DNA of 63,503 nt, filler included, from Octopus bimaculoides (Eukaryota), in NCBI RefSeq assembly GCF_001194135.2. It is 4 parts of 4 records of this genome, joined end to end, with 100 filler letters (N's around TTAATTAATTAA, not from the genome) between each part and the next. Parts side by side here need not be neighbours in the genome. Positions count along the whole stretch, not along the records: positions 23,941 to 47,565 come from NC_068992.1; positions 47,666 to 61,984 come from NC_068988.1; 2 more parts are not named here. The stretch is one strand, 5' to 3'. The notes under the pieces are model-generated. The model made no database searches. It had not been told where the DNA came from and was given only the letters and a program-made list of their open reading frames with translations. Shown piece by piece: positions 40,561 through 53,459 of this stretch (position 1 is the stretch's first letter; each line of letters starts with the position of its first letter). Position numbers and translations under genes: made by a program.

Positions 40561-41904
40561 TAAAAGGGAACTTCTACCGACCGGTTGCGAATGCTGCAAT
40601 GAAAAAACTTTCGGGGACAGAAGAATCACGTAATTTATATCTTCTTTGTAGCTATAATAACAATAAAATTTACATCACAAAGCTTGCCATTTAAATTTAT
40701 CATTCTTAATATTCATTTCTTAAAATGTGAGTAAAATTATACATGTAAAGCTAGTGCAAAACTGAATAAACTTATCCCGAACTCGAATGCTTACGTGCGA
40801 ATTTGATTGCTCGAAAATACACTTCCACGCATGTTAATAGTTTGAATACTCTCGACGGGCATTTTAATTTGAATGATGTCACTGCTATATTCTTTGATCG
40901 AAGTGCGAAATTGAATAATCGTAAAACGAATTCGAATGGGTAACTTCATGGCGCTAACTGTTTTCACGATTTTGAATGACCTAATTATCAAATTGAAAGG
41001 CAAACGTACGAAGTTGACAGCAAAAACCGATAATATATATTCGAGGTGACGAAAGAAGTAAATAAACAAAAGAAGAAACATATAACGTATTCAGTGTGAG
41101 TCATATGTATTAAATCACTGTTTCTCTCAATCTAACATTAGTAAGCAGTTAGTGTACTAAAGACAAATTGAACAACCGCATCACTCTAACTGAACAATAG
41201 ACACCTAAGTATTATAAGCTAGATGTCATTTTCAATTCATTTTAACTTCTATATCTTGCTCTGCAGAGTAGAGTCAAATTCATATATATACATATACAAA
41301 TTCATATATATACATATACACACGAAAATATAAGGACATAGATCGTGTGTCTTATAGCCAGCTGGAGACTACCTATCATGGCCTAAACAATAGTAGCACT
41401 CGCCCCTAAGTGGGACAGCCACATAAGGTTGCTAAAAATCGATACTTTAAAGGGCTTCTACTGAATATCTCTCGTTGAGAGATTTGGTAAATAGTCAGCT
41501 GATAAAGCATCATTTTGACGCAATAGATTGTTTGTGGACTCTTCTTTAATGGTCAAATGACCTAAAAGTGACCTGCTGTGGTCGTAGTAGTAATGGTTGG
41601 AATTGTTCTAAATTCTTGTAGTAGTTTCATCTGTGATGGAAACATTCAAAAGAGGTTTATATTTTGCGATGAAATATGCTTCTTTGTTTATACTTTGATT
41701 ATAGATTGCATGTTCCCTGAATTTATAGAGGAGAAAAATTCGAAGGTTGGGTTGTTCGTCAGTGGCGAAAATATCGATGTGCTTGCTTAATCCTATTTTT
41801 CTGTATTCCCATATTTTAATGTGTTAAAAGACTTTTCATTGACTCCAGCTGTCTTTTGCTCTTTATGATGGTGTGGATTTGGTAGATGAAAACAGAAAGA
41901 TGCC

Positions 41905-42124
41905 TGTCGTTCATATATATATATAGGTATTTGTTTGTCTGTGTTTGTCTCCGCACCATTGCTTCACAACTGATGTTTACGTCCCCGTAACTTAGTGGCT
42001 TGTCAAAAGATTTCGATAGAATAAGTACAAAGCTTACAAAATTAAGTCTTGGGGTCGATTTCTTTGACTAAAGGCATTGCCCCAGCATCGCAACAGTCAA
42101 ATGACTGAAACAAGTAAAAGATAA

Positions 42125-42125
<1 letters not shown>
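41905..42125 (+). mobile_element. Family B SINE 3' body
   Basis: GTTTACGTCCCCGTAACTTAG..GATAGAATAAGTAC..GGGGTCGATT..AAATGACTGAAACAAGTAAAAGATAA. Confidence 0.88.
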
Positions 42126-42155
<30 letters not shown>

Positions 42156-42603
42156 NNNNNNNNNNNNNNNNNNNNNNNNNNNNNNNNNNNNNNNNNNNNN
42201 NNNNNNNNNNNNNNNNNNNNNNNNNNNNNNNNNNNNNNNNNNNNNNNNNNNNNNNNNNNNNNNNNNNNNNNNNNNNNNNNNNNNNNNNNNNNNNNNNNNN
42301 NNNNNNNNNNNNNNNNNNNNNNNNNNNNNNNNNNNNNNNNNNNNNNNNNNNNNNNNNNNNNNNNNNNNNNNNNNNNNNNNNNNNNNNNNNNNNNNNNNNN
42401 NNNNNNNNNNNNNNNNNNNNNNNNNNNNNNNNNNNNNNNNNNNNNNNNNNNNNNNNNNNNNNNNNNNNNNNNNNNNNNNNNNNNNNNNNNNNNNNNNNNN
42501 NNNNNNNNNNNNNNNNNNNNNNNNNNNNNNNNNNNNNNNNNNNNNNNNNNNNNNNNNNNNNNNNNNAAGTATATATTAGTATGACGCTCGGGAATACGGA
42601 AAG

Positions 42604-42640
42604 TCTTTGACGTTTCGAGCTACGCTCTTCAACAGAAAGA
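42604..42640 (-). ncRNA. Minimal hammerhead-like motif at a Penelope-like terminus
   Basis: Minus strand UCUUU-cug-UUGAAGA-GCGUAGCUC-GAAAC-GUC-AAAGA: 5-bp stem I, palindromic ACGU stem III, GUC triplet. Confidence 0.55.
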
Positions 42641-45600
42641 ATACCGAGACAAGGAGAAAAACACGGAGAAAAAAAATTGAATAGTGTTCAGTCAACGGTC
42701 AATCATATATATATATCTTTGAAACGTCTAGTTAGAAAAGAGGCAGCTGACGAAGGATTAATTCCAAGTGGCTATCTGTTTTCCTATGTGTTCGTTCCGT
42801 GTTCTGTAGTTCATTGTTCTAACGTCCTGTACCCTGATATGCACCTATATACACATGTAGATGTAAGTATGTACATATATGTGTGTATACATGCATATAT
42901 ATTCTTTGTATTATATATATATGTTTGCAACATTTGAATAATGATTTACGAATGCCTATCCATTTAACAATATCCCAGTATACTTCGTACACGATAAACT
43001 AAACTTACCTCTTCCTCTTTTAACGTAAACATTAAACGTCCAATTGCTTGCTTCATTATTTTGTTTTTGGGAGAGATAATAACTTCCTTGTGGTAGGATG
43101 GTAATTTCTTGTACTTGAGTTGCTTATTTTTCAAGTAATCTTCATAACTCGGTCACATTTTCTGTCAGAAAACAATGCTAACTGGATGGCTATATGAAAT
43201 CGCTTTCCAATTCTCTAAAGTGAAGACGCTATAAAGCAAATCTATATGATATTTTCTTCCACTCAATAAGGAACCTGATCTTAATATTTCGGGTTTTGCT
43301 GTCGTGATATACGATCGTCTGTCTTGTTAACAGTATAAAATTTTTAAAGACTTAATTGTTATAAAATTGACTGTTTATTACAAATAAATGAAGCGAATTG
43401 TCATCTCTATATGGCGCCGTGAGATTTGCTGGAGCGTGATTTTAATGCGTTCGACCATTTCGAACATAATAGTCATAAATCCCACTTCAAAGTGTTTGCC
43501 TCTGACATTTAGTATCGCCTGTGCTTTCAAACATGTTTTAATGTTTCCTGGGAAGTCATATAAATATTGAGAACAATCGTAGTGTTGGCCAGGACAAAAA
43601 CAATAGCAATTATACTACTACTACCACTACTACTACTACTACTACTTACTACTACTACTACTACTATTGTTGCTGATGACGATGATGATGCTGTTGCTAC
43701 TGCCGCTGCTGCTGTTATGGTTGCGCGTGTCGCTGCGGGTGTTGCTCTGGCTGCTATGCTAAGCTAAATATTAATGGTGAAGATACTGCTGCTGCTATTT
43801 GGATAACAGGGTATTTCATATTAGTATGGCCTCGAATAATAGCGGCAATATTGGTACTAACAGTGACTAAAGAGTTTTTTGCATTTGTAGCTGCATTGCC
43901 GGTGTTGTTAATGTTACGTTTTATCTGCAGATTAATAGAGATCTTACTATCAGATATAGAAGAAGCGATGATGGTTTTCTATGATGGGAATAATAACAAT
44001 TTTGACAGCATGTGTTACAATCATGGCTGAAATGTTGTAACGGATGACGGCTCTCTTGACATTTTGTTAAATTTTGGTCATGTGGAATAAGATTTCAGTA
44101 ATATTCACATCGGTTATGATAACATGGAGATTTGTTTTTATTTTGTACGTTGTTACATGCTTTAAACCTTAAACTTTTGTAATGCTGAACATTGTTTCAT
44201 TGAATATTTATCTATTAATGATGTGTTGCAATTATATCCCATTGCATGTGCTTGCAAGTTTATTCATTCCATTATCCTACATTTGGCTATAATTCATGTT
44301 TGTATATATATTGTTCATAACTCGTTTCCTCTCCTTATCACTCCGTTTTGTTATTTTTCTCAGCCTTGTATTCCTATTTCCTATGTTTATTTATCTCATA
44401 TAATTCACTTTCTTCTCAAGCTCCTCTCTCTATTCTATCTTCGTTCAGTAGTTCGTTTGCCTTCATCCTCTTTGCTCACTCTCCTCTTTCTATTTTATTT
44501 CAGTATTGTTCCTTTGGCTTCCAACAACAGGAGAATTTGTTTCCTGTATATCATCAAACTTAACCCCAGATATTGCTGTAAACCAAAGGTTATGAACTAA
44601 TACACTCACTTCTAATGTCTTCAGTCGATTTGCAAACATCAAAAGCCAATGAATCTTTGACAGAGAAATTTCAGTTGTCTGTGAAATAAATTAAATTAAA
44701 TTATCCCTCACTTCAACTTTTGAACTGAGAGAATTGAGAATGAAAATGAAGTATTGATGATTCGACAAAAAGACATGTAATAAAATATTCTTATGCTCTT
44801 TCAAATTCTTCTTAGCATTGCATAAAATCGGTAAGTGTAAAATTTGACCATAGATAAATGACCTTTGAGGTTTGGCAAAAGTAAAATTTCGATTCTTCTA
44901 TAATATATATCCATATATCATTATTTCTTTTTACGACTTCAGCCAAGTTTGCAGTTATAACTTTGGTGAAGTTTCTCTTTTAAAACATCAATTATGGAAT
45001 ACACATTCAAAATGCTTGAAATGGAGATGAATAAGTCAGGCTATTTATCTTTTTGCCTGCAGGTTTTGAACAATAATATTCTGCCTAGAGTAGTGCATTT
45101 GTGATTCAATTCCCGACGTTTCTCTCGTAGTAACAATGCTCAAAGCAAGACTTGCCTATTCTAAATTGACTGTTTGAAAATATATCTGAATACCGGCCGT
45201 TTTAAAACATGGTGCTATTTGGGAATCTAACTGATAAGGTTTAGCAATCTAATGAAATATCCCTTTATAGAATAATGACTTTAATGACTATATACCATAA
45301 GACACGAGCGGGTATATGTAAACGTATAACATAAAATACAACTTGTGTACATCATAGAATTTTAAATAAATCAAATTAATCAGTAATTGCTTGATGCCAG
45401 CAACATGATTTAGATATGAGCAATAAGTTTATAACAAGAGTGTATATCAGCATCTAAACACATTCTAATACACATATTACACGAATGGACATATAACTCT
45501 ACAGTACTTTGATATACCAGACAATATATAATGCAAAATATGTATTCTGAATATTGTGTGCATATGTAGGTATATGTTTGCGTGGTGTGTAAATAGGGGC

Positions 45601-45890
45601 TGTATTCTTACCATCGTCCCTGTTTTCTTTCTCTGAGTCAATATTATTTTACGTTGTTTACATTGAAGAATGCAACTAAAGCGTTACTCTGTGTCTTCGG
45701 TTTGTTTTTCATTCAGTGTATTTTATTTGTGCACAATTCTTAAGTGTTACGATAACATTTTATTTGTCTACGCACTCTCCACTTCTTTACATTGTCGAAA
45801 TATATATGTGATATACTCGTTCAGGTTCCCCTTACTATATATGTCCTCATTTCGCTAATGTGTACGCATGTTTACACGCACGCACACACA

Positions 45891-45940
<50 letters not shown>

Positions 45941-46439
45941 TGAATATAATATAATTATAAATAAATATAATAATAAAGATTATATATATATGTATATATA
46001 TATATATGTATTTATGTTTGCGTGTATATTGTACGATAAATATACATGAGACTTCTACAGAACGTGATGCAAACGTTTACATTTCTGTTTTATTAACTGA
46101 CTTTCATCGTTTACATTGTGGAAGGTAATTGTATAACTCTTCCTCTACAGTTGGTCTTCATTCTGTCCATCTTCAAGCAGGAATATAACGACTGCAAATC
46201 AAAGCAATGACCGTAATTTGAGATCTTAACGAAGGTATGTGGTAAAGTGTCCAACTTTCACGGAAATGGATAGGTTAATTAGGTGGATAACATTCTTGAG
46301 AAGGTAATGTGGGCAAAGGGATAATGAAGTTCAAATGGTAACGAATGTATGAAAGTAGACTATTTCACTATCTGCGATTACTGTCACGCATTACTAGCGA
46401 GTAGTAGAAATGATTCGCTAGAAACGACATGTCACATTC

Positions 46440-46830
46440 CGAGAGTTTCATGCACAAATGTACTATTGGCACAAAGCTTTACAAAATATGTTAGGAGAAT
46501 GTAGGTATTGTAAAATTGTATAAGTGCTACTTGGACAGTTGACACCTTGTCTCAAGAAAGCGTGGTAATCTGCTCTAATCTGGAGGAAGTAACTGAAAGC
46601 TATAAAGATAAGCTTGCCCCTTTGTGATAATGGATGAAAGATACCCGTATCACTACGGTCCCCAAATGAAATCTAAGCTCATGTAATAGCGCTACAACTT
46701 TCCTGGCAACTGAAGTAATTTCAATCGTAATCATCAGCATACAAAGTCATGGTTACTCTTATTTTCTTTTCAATGACAAGGGTGTTATTCATTTTGATTT
46801 TCTGTAACATGGTTGTAACGTAAGTAGGGT
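46440..46830 (+). mobile_element. Mariner transposase remnant (catalytic region)
   Basis: VIMDERYPYHYGPK resembles VTxDETWxYHYDPE; NDKGVIHFDFL*HG resembles WDxKGVIxxDFLxxG. Confidence 0.6.
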
Positions 46831-47685
46831 TGGACTGAAAATATCTATCTCACGAAAGAGATAGCCCAAGGTACAGAATCCGCTACATCAAATCTAGTCC
46901 TTTGTAGATGTATATATAGTTTCAGTAACCTCTCTTTGGGAGGAGAGTTAAAATTATATTACAAATGTTCTGGCTAATTGTATTCCAAATTAACCTAATG
47001 CCTCCGAATACAATCGATAATAAATCCCAGAACACTAATGAAGGCCGTCGCAACGCAATTTCTGTTTTTAAGCGGGCGGGCAGAAGCATGGAACACAAAT
47101 TGATACAAGTCCAATGTACTTGAGGTGAAGCCACGTCATGTTTCTCAATGATGCAGGAACACCGCTTATTCCACGCCAAAATGTACTTAAATTTAAATCA
47201 CTCACGGACTTGAAATAGTCTGCCTTTTCTCGTATGAAATTTAAAAAAAAATGAAAAAGTAAGCAAAATAAAATGTATAACATGATTTTCTACTTGCTGA
47301 TTCATTCACAAACTTTCATACAAGAACATGAACAAAAATCTTAAGAAAATACGAAAGCACAATAAATTCAATGTCATGTCTAACGAAAGCGAAGCCGGTT
47401 GACAACCACAATACTCTTTCATTTAAAATATATTAAAACTATGTAAACTGTATGCATTTTCCTTCTTTCTTTATAGATATAATTTTTCATTACCCCTCAC
47501 CAAGAGGGGATAATCCAAATTCTCTTCAGCCCCTTTCTTACTACATATATATATATATATATATANNNNNNNNNNNNNNNNNNNNNNNNNNNNNNNNNNN
47601 NNNNNNNNNTTAATTAATTAANNNNNNNNNNNNNNNNNNNNNNNNNNNNNNNNNNNNNNNNNNNNAGGTAGGTAGGTAGATCGAC

Positions 47686-47716
<31 letters not shown>

Positions 47717-47989
47717 GACAGAGACAGAGAAAGAGATAGTACGTCCCTCTACCTGCTATCACAGTGCTAAAACTGAGTTTTATTTTCACTGAGTTTATTT
47801 TCTACTTCCAGTTTTTCTCTTTCCTTTTCTTCTCACTTTCTCTATTGTATTTTTAGTCTTCCTCTGCTCCTTTTCAGTTTTCATGTAATTTCACTTTTAT
47901 TTATCTCTCTTCTCTTGTAATACATCTTTATTTTATTCCTCTGATCCCCTTTCTCTGTCTCTAGAAATGAACTAGCAAGGTGACAGATT

Positions 47990-49210
47990 TTGGAGGCTTG
48001 CATTGGTTGGATAAGATGAAATTGACAAGAGATGGATAGCTCCCTACTGGCCACTCATGACCCAGACATTTAAAGCACACATAAATCTTGTGTAATTTTG
48101 TGAAGTCCTTCAAATGTAGCCGCAAATATGTTCATTAAGGGATCTGCCGCTGCAGTGTTTGCTCTGGTGCAGTTAAACATCAAAAATGAAATTTATCAAT
48201 TCCAGCAGGAACAACACATCAACAGAAATAAGATTTTCTGGCGCTTTTAATGTTTCGTATTAATAAAAAGTTATCTAAGAATTCAACAACTTGCTGTCCA
48301 CTTAAAATATGGTCTGTGCGTTTACCTCTTTCAAGTAATCGCTGCATAGCAAGAACAGGAGACTCAAAGTTGTGTCAATATGATGCCTTTGTAAAAACAT
48401 TGCTATGTCATCGGTTTACATTCTACAAATCATAGAACAAGTAGTGGAGATGAATGCAAAATACTCCTATTGATGGTCAGGTTTGACAATGCCATTGGAA
48501 AAGATTATACTGTATATACTAGTCAACATAAATGCTTCGTTTTACAGCTTTCAAGATCTTCAAATAGTCAATGCCGAAGTTTGCACCACTTACAGAAAAA
48601 ATACTTAGGTTTAGATTAATAGAGAATATTGCTCAAGACCTTTGCGTGTCCTTGACGCACCTGTTTACATCGTTGCCAAGAATTAAAGGGCAAGTTCTTA
48701 ATGGATGTCAAATGGTTATCGAGAATGAATGCACAATGGCTCACTAAAAGAGTTCTAAGTAATTCCCAGAGGACATTGCAGCATTTGCGTGTCAGTAAAT
48801 CTCAAACAGGAGTAGCAGTGATATTGTCATCTGATTTCTGTCAAACCCTACCAACAATCCCCAAAGAAACTAAAGCCGATCGAATTCATATTTCTTTTAA
48901 ATCGTCATTACTTTGGACCGGACCCAAATTAAAATTTTCAACTAGTGCATCAGCATGGCCGCAGCTCTGAGCTGAAACTTTGAAATGAAATAACATGAGG
49001 TTCGCCTGATAAGACTGCCAAATATTTCTTAAATGAAGGAGAGGGAAGGTTTCCTTCAGATAGTAAAGGCACTATTGACCTAGCTCCTATAAGCGCAGAC
49101 GAAATATCAAAGTTTAAGGCAGCAGATCTATTTATTTCGAAGATGTTTCGCAGGCTGCAAAATAATTACTTAACACACAAGTGGCTGGGGAAAACATGAC
49201 TGGTTAAGTC
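47990..49210 (+). mobile_element. Helitron Rep/Pif1-helicase remnant, internally deleted
   Basis: EIDKRWIAPYWPLMTQTFKAHIN; KYVHKGSAAAVFAL; QQLAVHLKYG; LCQYDAFVKTLL; SFQDLQIVNAEVCTTYR; ENECTMAH; VILSSDFCQTLPTIP; all are RepHel motifs in the expected order. Confidence 0.9.
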
Positions 49211-49781
49211 AAGCGGATCAATTTTTAAACTAAAGATATACCTGGAGAGAAAAGTGGTGAAGGGTCTTTGTGAGGGTCTGAATCTACACATTTAACTTAT
49301 CCGCTTTTAATTACTTCCCTTTAATAATTTTTGTTTAATTTCATTCACTACTATTTCAACTAGTATACCCTTGTTACCTCCTTTAAATTACAGTGCCGTT
49401 TATCTCTTTTTGTTTTTCACCTTTAATAACCTCGGTTTTATTTTGATTCCTAACATTTTATCTGACAATATTAAAGTTCATACCCATTAATTACTGCCCT
49501 CTAGTAACTTCAAATTCCTTTTTCAATAACTTTCGTTGAGCTATTTTATTTATAATATCAAATTATCTTTTTGATGTTGTAGCTTGTAGACTTTGGCAGT
49601 TGGAATGATCGCTGACGATTCGTCGGATTGATTCTCGATTCTATGGGCTAGAAATCTTTGTATTCATGTAAGGGGCCTATTCACGCAGTGATACTAATTG
49701 TATATTTATTGTAATTACATATATGACATTTATCTATACAATTATTCATTACCAGTCATAGATATCCCTATACACACACGC

Positions 49782-49869
<88 letters not shown>

Positions 49870-49890
49870 GACTGTCTGTCTGTCTGTCTA
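49782..49890. repeat. (ATCT)n-(GTCT)n microsatellite
   Basis: Direct reading. Confidence 0.97.
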
Positions 49891-50029
49891 TTCATAGATA
49901 TATACATATGACACACATACTTGTAGCATACATACATATGCATGTAATATACGCAAACGTACATATATACATATATATATTAAATACATACGCACACATA
50001 TATATATATACATTCATACATTCCAACCA

Positions 50030-50375
50030 AAACTTCAGTCAAATGTAAACATAACGCTGGATATTGTTTGGGATGGAAGGGCAAAGGTATATACCATCAT
50101 AGAAGCCAGCTGCCCTGCAGGTATAAATATCTCTGAAAATCAAAGGAAATGAGGATATCTATGGACAACTGCTTCGAAACCTCCAGTTTCTAGATCCAGA
50201 CTATGAATTCATATTCATACCAATAATAACTGGAGCACTAGGTTTTGTTAGTAAATGCTTAAAGGAGGATCTGGATAAACTGAAATTTTCAGAAAGAGAA
50301 ATCGACCGGCTATTTCGTACATTACAAGTACAACCTTTATATACAAGACTTTTCTCAAGTTCCAAATGTGAATTT
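50030..50375 (+). mobile_element. RLE-type non-LTR retrotransposon 3' remnant, clade unassigned
   Basis: KCKHN..DIVWDGRAKVYTIIEASCPAGINI..ENEDIYGQLLRNLQFLDPDYEFIFIPIITGALGFVSKCL, a PD-(D/E)xK-type RLE pattern. Confidence 0.75.
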
Positions 50376-50907
50376 GTCTGCGTTAACTACATCCAAAAGA
50401 TGGAGACTTGTATCTTTGTTGGAAACCGGCTCCCTCCTCAGTGGAAGATTTACAATAATTAAAAAATAGAAGAGACATACATGCATACAAGTGAAGGATG
50501 CGACATGCTGTTGGTGAGGAGTGAACACCACAAGTATTCAGCGTTCTGTGATACTCTGTGCAATCACAAACGACGAATGGCCTACAACAAAGGAGAGACA
50601 CTCTACATATCAACCAAATATAAAGAATTATTTTAGATTGATGAATAGGAATTTGGCCATGTGTTTTTAAATAAAACCCTTGATTCAATAGCACTATGTA
50701 CAAACTTTAAACTTGGAATGACCAATTTTAGATATTATTGGATTTTACTCACAAGGTATTGGAATCTTATATGTACACCATTCTACCTAAATAATGGAAT
50801 TACAAATGCAATATCCCTGCATATCTCACATCTCTTTTCATTCCACCACTTCACTCTCTATTTCGTATCTTATCTAAATTAACTATTGCTTACCATTTTC
50901 TCACACC

Positions 50908-50955
50908 GTCTCCGATGAAGGAATATAATAAATATCCTGGGAACAGCTGTAAGAC
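50908..50955 (+). ncRNA. Type I minimal hammerhead-like motif with two core substitutions
   Basis: GUCU-CCGAUGA-AGGAAUAU aauaa AUAUCCU-GGGAAC-AGCU-GUA-AGAC: stem I GUCU/AGAC, stem II, stem III with palindromic AGCU loop. Confidence 0.6.
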
Positions 50956-51169
50956 CTATTTATAAATGTTCTAAAATTTTCATAGCCTTAGTTTTTTTTT
51001 ATTTCATTCTGAAATTTTTTTATATATACACACGCTGATATATGACCTACATTGGACTCCTTATTCGTATAATCACCAAACTTGGAGCTTAACTATGAGC
51101 TATCCATAGCACTTACTCAGCATTACTTGACACCTTGGGTCTTACTGACACCATAACCTCTCATAACCA

Positions 51170-51206
<37 letters not shown>

Positions 51207-53459
51207 NNNNNNNNNNNNNNNNNNNNNNNNNNNNNNNNNNNNNNNNNNNNNNNNNNNNNNNNNNNNNNNNNNNNNNNNNNNNNNNNNNNNNNNNNNNNNN
51301 NNNNNNNNNNNNNNNNNNNNNNNNNNNNNNNNNNNNNNNNNNNNNNNNNNNNNNNNNNNNNNNNNNNNNNNNNNNNNNNNNNNNNNNNNNNNNNNNNNNN
51401 NNNNNNNNNNNNNNNNNNNNNNNNNNNNNNNNNNNNNNNNNNNNNNNNNNNNNNNNNNNNNNNNNNNNNNNNNNNNNNNNNNNNNNNNNNNNNNNNNNNN
51501 NNNNNNNNNNNNNNNNNNNNNNNNNNNNNNNNNNNNNNNNNNNNNNNNNNNNNNNNNNNNNNNNNNNNNNNNNNNNNNNNNNNNNNNNNNNNNNNNNNNN
51601 NNNNNNNNNNNNNNNNNNNNNNNNNNNNNNNNNNNNNNNNNNNNNNNNNNNNNNNNNNNNNNNNNNNNNNNNNNNNNNNNNNNNNNNNNNNNNNNNNNNN
51701 NNNNNNNNNNNNNNNNNNNNNNNNNNNNNNNNNNNNNNNNNNNNNNNNNNNNNNNNNNNNNNNNNNNNNNNNNNNNNNNNNNNACCTATATATACAGGTA
51801 GACGTAGGTATGCACATACCTGTACGTATATATGCATATACTCATTTATTATTTGTTTATATATATATATATATATATACAAATGGGACAAGAAAGCAAA
51901 ACGTCCAGACAGTTAGGAGATACAAGAAGGGGACAACGAAACATCCAGATAGACGATACAAAGAAAACAAGGACGGGTCATTCGGAGTTTTCTTTCCACA
52001 GTCGAGTTCCAGATTATCTTTGCAATTTCGGCTGGTTATACTCGAGATTGCTCCAATCTGGTCAGCTCCAAGAAAAAACTAAGCTAAGAGCATTAGATTC
52101 TTTGGAAGGAAGCAGCGAATGTATACGAAAACAAGGACGGAAAACACGGAGAAAGTTACACAAATACAAATAACAGGACATAACAACAGGTGTTTTTCGA
52201 CTAAGGACGAATTAAATTAAGCTCGCGTGTGTGGAAGTAAAGCCTTACGGCAGGGATACAAGGTATCACAGGCGCAGGGAAGAATATAGATGTTGCACGG
52301 ACAATGGCCCAACCAAGAAAAATAGGTCAGGCTTGGCCGAACATCGGTCACGTGGGAAGAGAAGAGAGAGGGGAAGAGAAGAGAGAGGGGAAGAGAAGAG
52401 AGAGGGGAAGAGGCAGAGGAACAGAAGAAATAAGGGACACAGTGAAGTGAAAAGAGGAGGTAAAGTGAGCATGAAGAGACGGCCAGGAAATGTGAGAGAG
52501 GGGGAACGAAAGAACAAAGAGTGGAATGAACGAAGTTAGCGTGAAATGGCTAATAGAAAGAAGGAAAAAATAAATGAATAGAATCGTACAAGATTTAGAT
52601 AAATATATACTTACATATAAGAGACCAAAGTGTACGNNNNNNNNNNNNNNNNNNNNNNNNNNNNNNNNNNNNNNNNNNNNNNNNNNNNNNNNNNNNNNNN
52701 NNNNNNNNNNNNNNNNNNNNNNNNNNNNNNNNNNNNNNNNNNNNNNNNNNNNNNNNNNNNNNNNNNNNNNNNNNNNNNNNNNNNNNNNNNNNNNNNNNNN
52801 NNNNNNNNNNNNNNNNNNNNNNNNNNNNNNNNNNNNNNNNNNNNNNNNNNNNNNNNNNNNNNNNNNNNNNNNNNNNNNNNNNNNNNNNNNNNNNNNNNNN
52901 NNNNNNNNNNNNNNNNNNNNNNNNNNNNNNNNNNNNNNNNNNNNNNNNNNNNNNNNNNNNNNNNNNNNNNNNNNNNNNNNNNNNNNNNNNNNNNNNNNNN
53001 NNNNNNNNNNNNNNNNNNNNNNNNNNNNNNNNNNNNNNNNNNNNNNNNNNNNNNNNNNNNNNNNNNNNNNNNNNNNNNNNNNNNNNNNNNNNNNNNNNNN
53101 NNNNNNNNNNNNNNNNNNNNNNNNNNNNNNNNNNNNNNNNNNNNNNNNNNNNNNNNNNNNNNNNNNNNNNNNNNNNNNNNNNNNNNNNNNNNNNNNNNNN
53201 NNNNNNNNNNNNNNNNNNNNNNNNNNNNNNNNNNNNNNNNNNNNNNNNNNNNNNNNNNNNNNNNNNNNNNNNNNNNNNNNNNNNNNNNNNNNNNNNNNNN
53301 NNNNNNNNNNNNNNNNNNNNNNNNNNNNNNNNNTATATATATATATATATACATATATAAATACATATATACACGCACACATTACATAGCTATGTATATA
53401 TATATATATATATGTGTGTATATATTTATATATAGCAAATGAAAGTCAGAAGATGGAAT

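Noticed and set aside
49608-49645. CTGACGA motif suggesting a sixth hammerhead
   Set aside because: No downstream GAAA or GUH elements
52231-52539. Arg/Glu-rich ORF and its antisense Leu/Ser/Phe-rich ORF
   Set aside because: Purine-rich GA low-complexity tract
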